Positions 61,262 through 64,000 of a DNA stretch of 64,000 bases are shown in pieces (position 1 is the first letter of the stretch; the number at the start of each line of letters is the position of its first letter). A program made the position numbers and the translations under genes. The notes below the pieces were generated by a model. That model worked only from the letters and a program-made list of their open reading frames with translations, did not search any database and was not told the DNA's origin. The stretch comes from Cirrosporium novae-zelandiae (lineage: Eukaryota), in assembly GCA_026023565.1 (NCBI GenBank), contig JAPETS010000004.1, positions 744,001 to 808,000 on the forward strand, written 5' to 3'.

Positions 61262-63805
61262 TTAACCAAACCTATACAACGTTTGCTTCTTTCCTTTATT
61301 TCCCTTTGCCTTTTTCCCACTTGTTGCCTCTATCGATTCCTGGTTCTGCCCAGAGCCTTCGGCCGAGACTGTGCTCCCGGTAGTACCCCAAGCATTGGCA
61401 GCCTCGTTCCTAGCGACGCGACGCACGGGTGCAGTATTCATGCCCCATAAAGTTGTGTTTGGTTTTTTAGCTGCTGGAAGTGCGGGAAAGGCTTCCGCGT
61501 CGTTTGCGCTAGAGATGCCAGCTTGGTTTCTCGAGACTGGGCGGCTTGAAGAAGGGGATGGACGAGAAGCCGAGACCCACGCTGGGGTTGATCCGACAGC
61601 TCCAGCTCCAGATCGAGCAAGGTTTGTCGATGAGGCTGAAGGAGTAGGACCACGACTTCTAGACAATGATGATATTGGTGGAAAGATGTTTGGATTTGCT
61701 GAGGTGCCACCCCAGCTGCCTTGTTTGCTCACAGCAGAGCGGCTTGATTGAGCTGTCGAATTCTTGAGACGCAATACACGCTTTCCACCACTACCAGTAG
61801 CCGCAGCAGAGGATCCAGGAATAATCCCGCTAGGCCCAGGAAGCGCAGGATAATCTTCGTTAATTGCACGCCAATCACCCCAGGATTTTAGGAGTGCATT
61901 GCGCTTATTCTCGTTTTCGTAGATTTCGGCCAGTTCTTTGATGAGTTTGCCGAGATCAGCGGCGGGCACATCGAAAAGGGAAAAGAAAGAGTCGATCAAT
62001 TCAGTAGCGGAGAGAGACGAGTGTTGATAAGATGATACTTTGGTGCGGAAAGAGGCGATCTTAACGGGGTCGTTCTTGAGAAGATTTGAGGCTCGTTCAA
62101 TTACAGTTGAATGTCGAAGGCGGCGGGCTTGTTCTTGAGGAGTAAGATCAGCAGTAGATCCCAAGTCCGTACTGTTAGAATTGAGGTTCTGGGGGCCAAC
62201 TTCAGGAACTTGTCCATTAGATCTAGGTGTAGGTCTTGGTGCTGGTCTTTGTGCAGGCTGGGTTGCTGTTTGAGTTGCAGGGCCAGGGGTTCTAGTTGAT
62301 GGAGCAGGGGTATGGGAACTTAGTTGACCGCCAAAGCTTCTTGTAGAGATCGACTGTGCACTGTGAATCGCCATCTGTCTCTGGTAAGCTAGTTCATCTC
62401 TACGAAGTGGTTGAGCAGAGGATCTTGGCAAAGGTTCGGTGTTTGGGTCTCTTCCCCTACCCCCTAGTCGTCCCTGTCTTCCTCTGTCTGCTTGACCGAG
62501 AGGAGCGCGATAGTTGAAGCTGGAGAGGTCTACCCTTTGAGCATCTCTTCTGGCATCCTTCGATAGACTGTTAGGATGATCTTCTAGCTGATGCGCCTTT
62601 AGATCAATCTCCGAATCAAATACGACAAATTTCTTTTCTAGACATTCCTTTTCAAGGCAGAGGAAATGGTCCCGACCAAAGTGTTGTTCCAACGAATTGT
62701 AGTCAACATAGTATTGCTGGTTGCGTCCTTCATTACGTCTGTCACAAATGTGGCACCTTTCGTGTTTTTCCCTGCAATGGGTATACAGCTCATCATCCCC
62801 GTAGAACCGTTTACGGCAGAAGCCACATTCGGGATGGCCTCGGAAACCACTTTGGTCCACGGCTCCTGGATGGTCATCTCCAAATTTCTCATGTTTTCGT
62901 AACTCTGCATTCGTAAACAGCTCATGCTCATGTGTAAAGACCTTTTTATTCCTTGTACAAAGGTCGCTAGGGACATGTTAGACACTGAATAGGGTAAAAG
63001 GGGGTTAGGAGAATCAACTTACCACATAACTTTATGATGAATATTTTTCACATGACGGTGTAAGTCTGGCCAGCCCAAACAAGCAATATCACAGTCCTGA
63101 TCTGGGCAGTTGTATCGCAACAAAAGCACCGTATCTTCGAAGATTTCTTCATTTTCATATTTGATTCCTAATGTTTCATCTTCTTTCGCAAAGTCTGTAC
63201 TTTGGAATTCTTGGTATTTCTTCGTTGGGTCGTCCGTAAATATAACATGCTCGGCTTCGGTCTAGTAAAGAGATGTTAGTCACTAATAAGAAAAATATGA
63301 ACAATAAACTTACTCTACAATGGGCGCAGGTTTTATTCTTGTAAAGCGCTCGAAGTCGGAGGGCACAAATATGACAAGTTCTATGACTGCAAGGTGCAAC
63401 AGAATGATGCGCCACAGGGGATGCACAGATAAAACAGACTTCGCCCTCGGCATCGTCGTCTTGCGCAGATGACTTCTCAGCGCGAGATTTCCCCTTGCTT
63501 CCCTCTTCGCCCTCAACATTTTTGGCATCTTCGGTCAGGCGAGCACCGAAGGTGCCAGGAGGCCGTAGTCCTGGTGGTGGTGGGATAGATGGGGCGAGAT
63601 CGGGGGGATTTGAGGATCCATCGGCATGAGGGATGGCTTCAATTTCTCTTCCACCACGTCCTCCTCTGCCTCTACCTCTTCCTCGACTATTTCCACGGAC
63701 ATTGTTTTGTGGTCCACCACGTCCACCTCTATGGCCAGCTCTTCCCCCGCGTTGACGGGTGTGTGAGGGGTTTGCAGGAGTTTGGACAGTAGGAGTGTCG
63801 TCCAT
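61262..63805 (-). CDS. HEL2: RQC E3 ubiquitin ligase Hel2/ZNF598, multi-exon
   Basis: RING CFICASPV..APCSHRTCHICALRLRALYKNKTCAHC; GFRGHPECGFC..FYGDDELYTHCR; HFLCLEKECLEKKFVVF. Confidence 0.94.
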
Positions 63806-64000
63806 TTCAGAAGTTGCTTGGACGAAATAAGGGTAAAGACTATTTTGTCTAAGGCAAATGAAATGAAAATAGAAGCAGGTGTGCGTTCGCTTCAGGAGTC
63901 GTTTAGTTGTTGAACGAATGTTCGAGTGATACAAACTTTGAGCTTTGGTTATAGGTGGGGGTGAGGTGATGGATAGTCTCGCGGTCACTATCACGTTGCC

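Overview
Gene-dense, intron-rich nuclear DNA from a filamentous ascomycete (Pezizomycotina-type GT..CTRAY..YAG introns). About 25 protein genes are recognisable: PNUTS/Ref2-like, RPL11, SmB, YIP3, two J-proteins, SFK1, AIG1-like, CSC1/OSCA, PCH2, F-box, PPWD1, CCT2, ERG12, RAM2, CHA1, MSM1, NTF2-like, CCCH, a small Ish1-like gene, RPL38 and HEL2. A five-gene putative nitrogen-catabolic cluster lies at 4.6-12.9 kb (NCS1 permease, SMP-30 lactonase, C2H2/fungal TF, RidA, HSL-type hydrolase). An accessory island lies between two convergent tRNA genes (Gly-CCC, Ser-AGA; 13.3-18.2 kb). It holds a patchwork of host-gene fragments (cytochrome b5, HMG-CoA synthase, Nam8/Ngr1 RRM) and a RIP-like-mutated Fot1/pogo transposon, and is followed by a GNAT pseudogene. 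Most striking: (i) two tandem U6 snRNA genes, one interrupted by a 52-nt spliceosomal intron immediately 5' of the ACAGAGA box, the other intronless with a remodelled 5' end, both with an upstream inverted B-box; (ii) a long ATG-less ORF overlapping the end of YIP3, probably expressed by alternative splicing onto the YIP3 stop codon or by frameshifting. Homologies are from motif recognition only; no searches were run.
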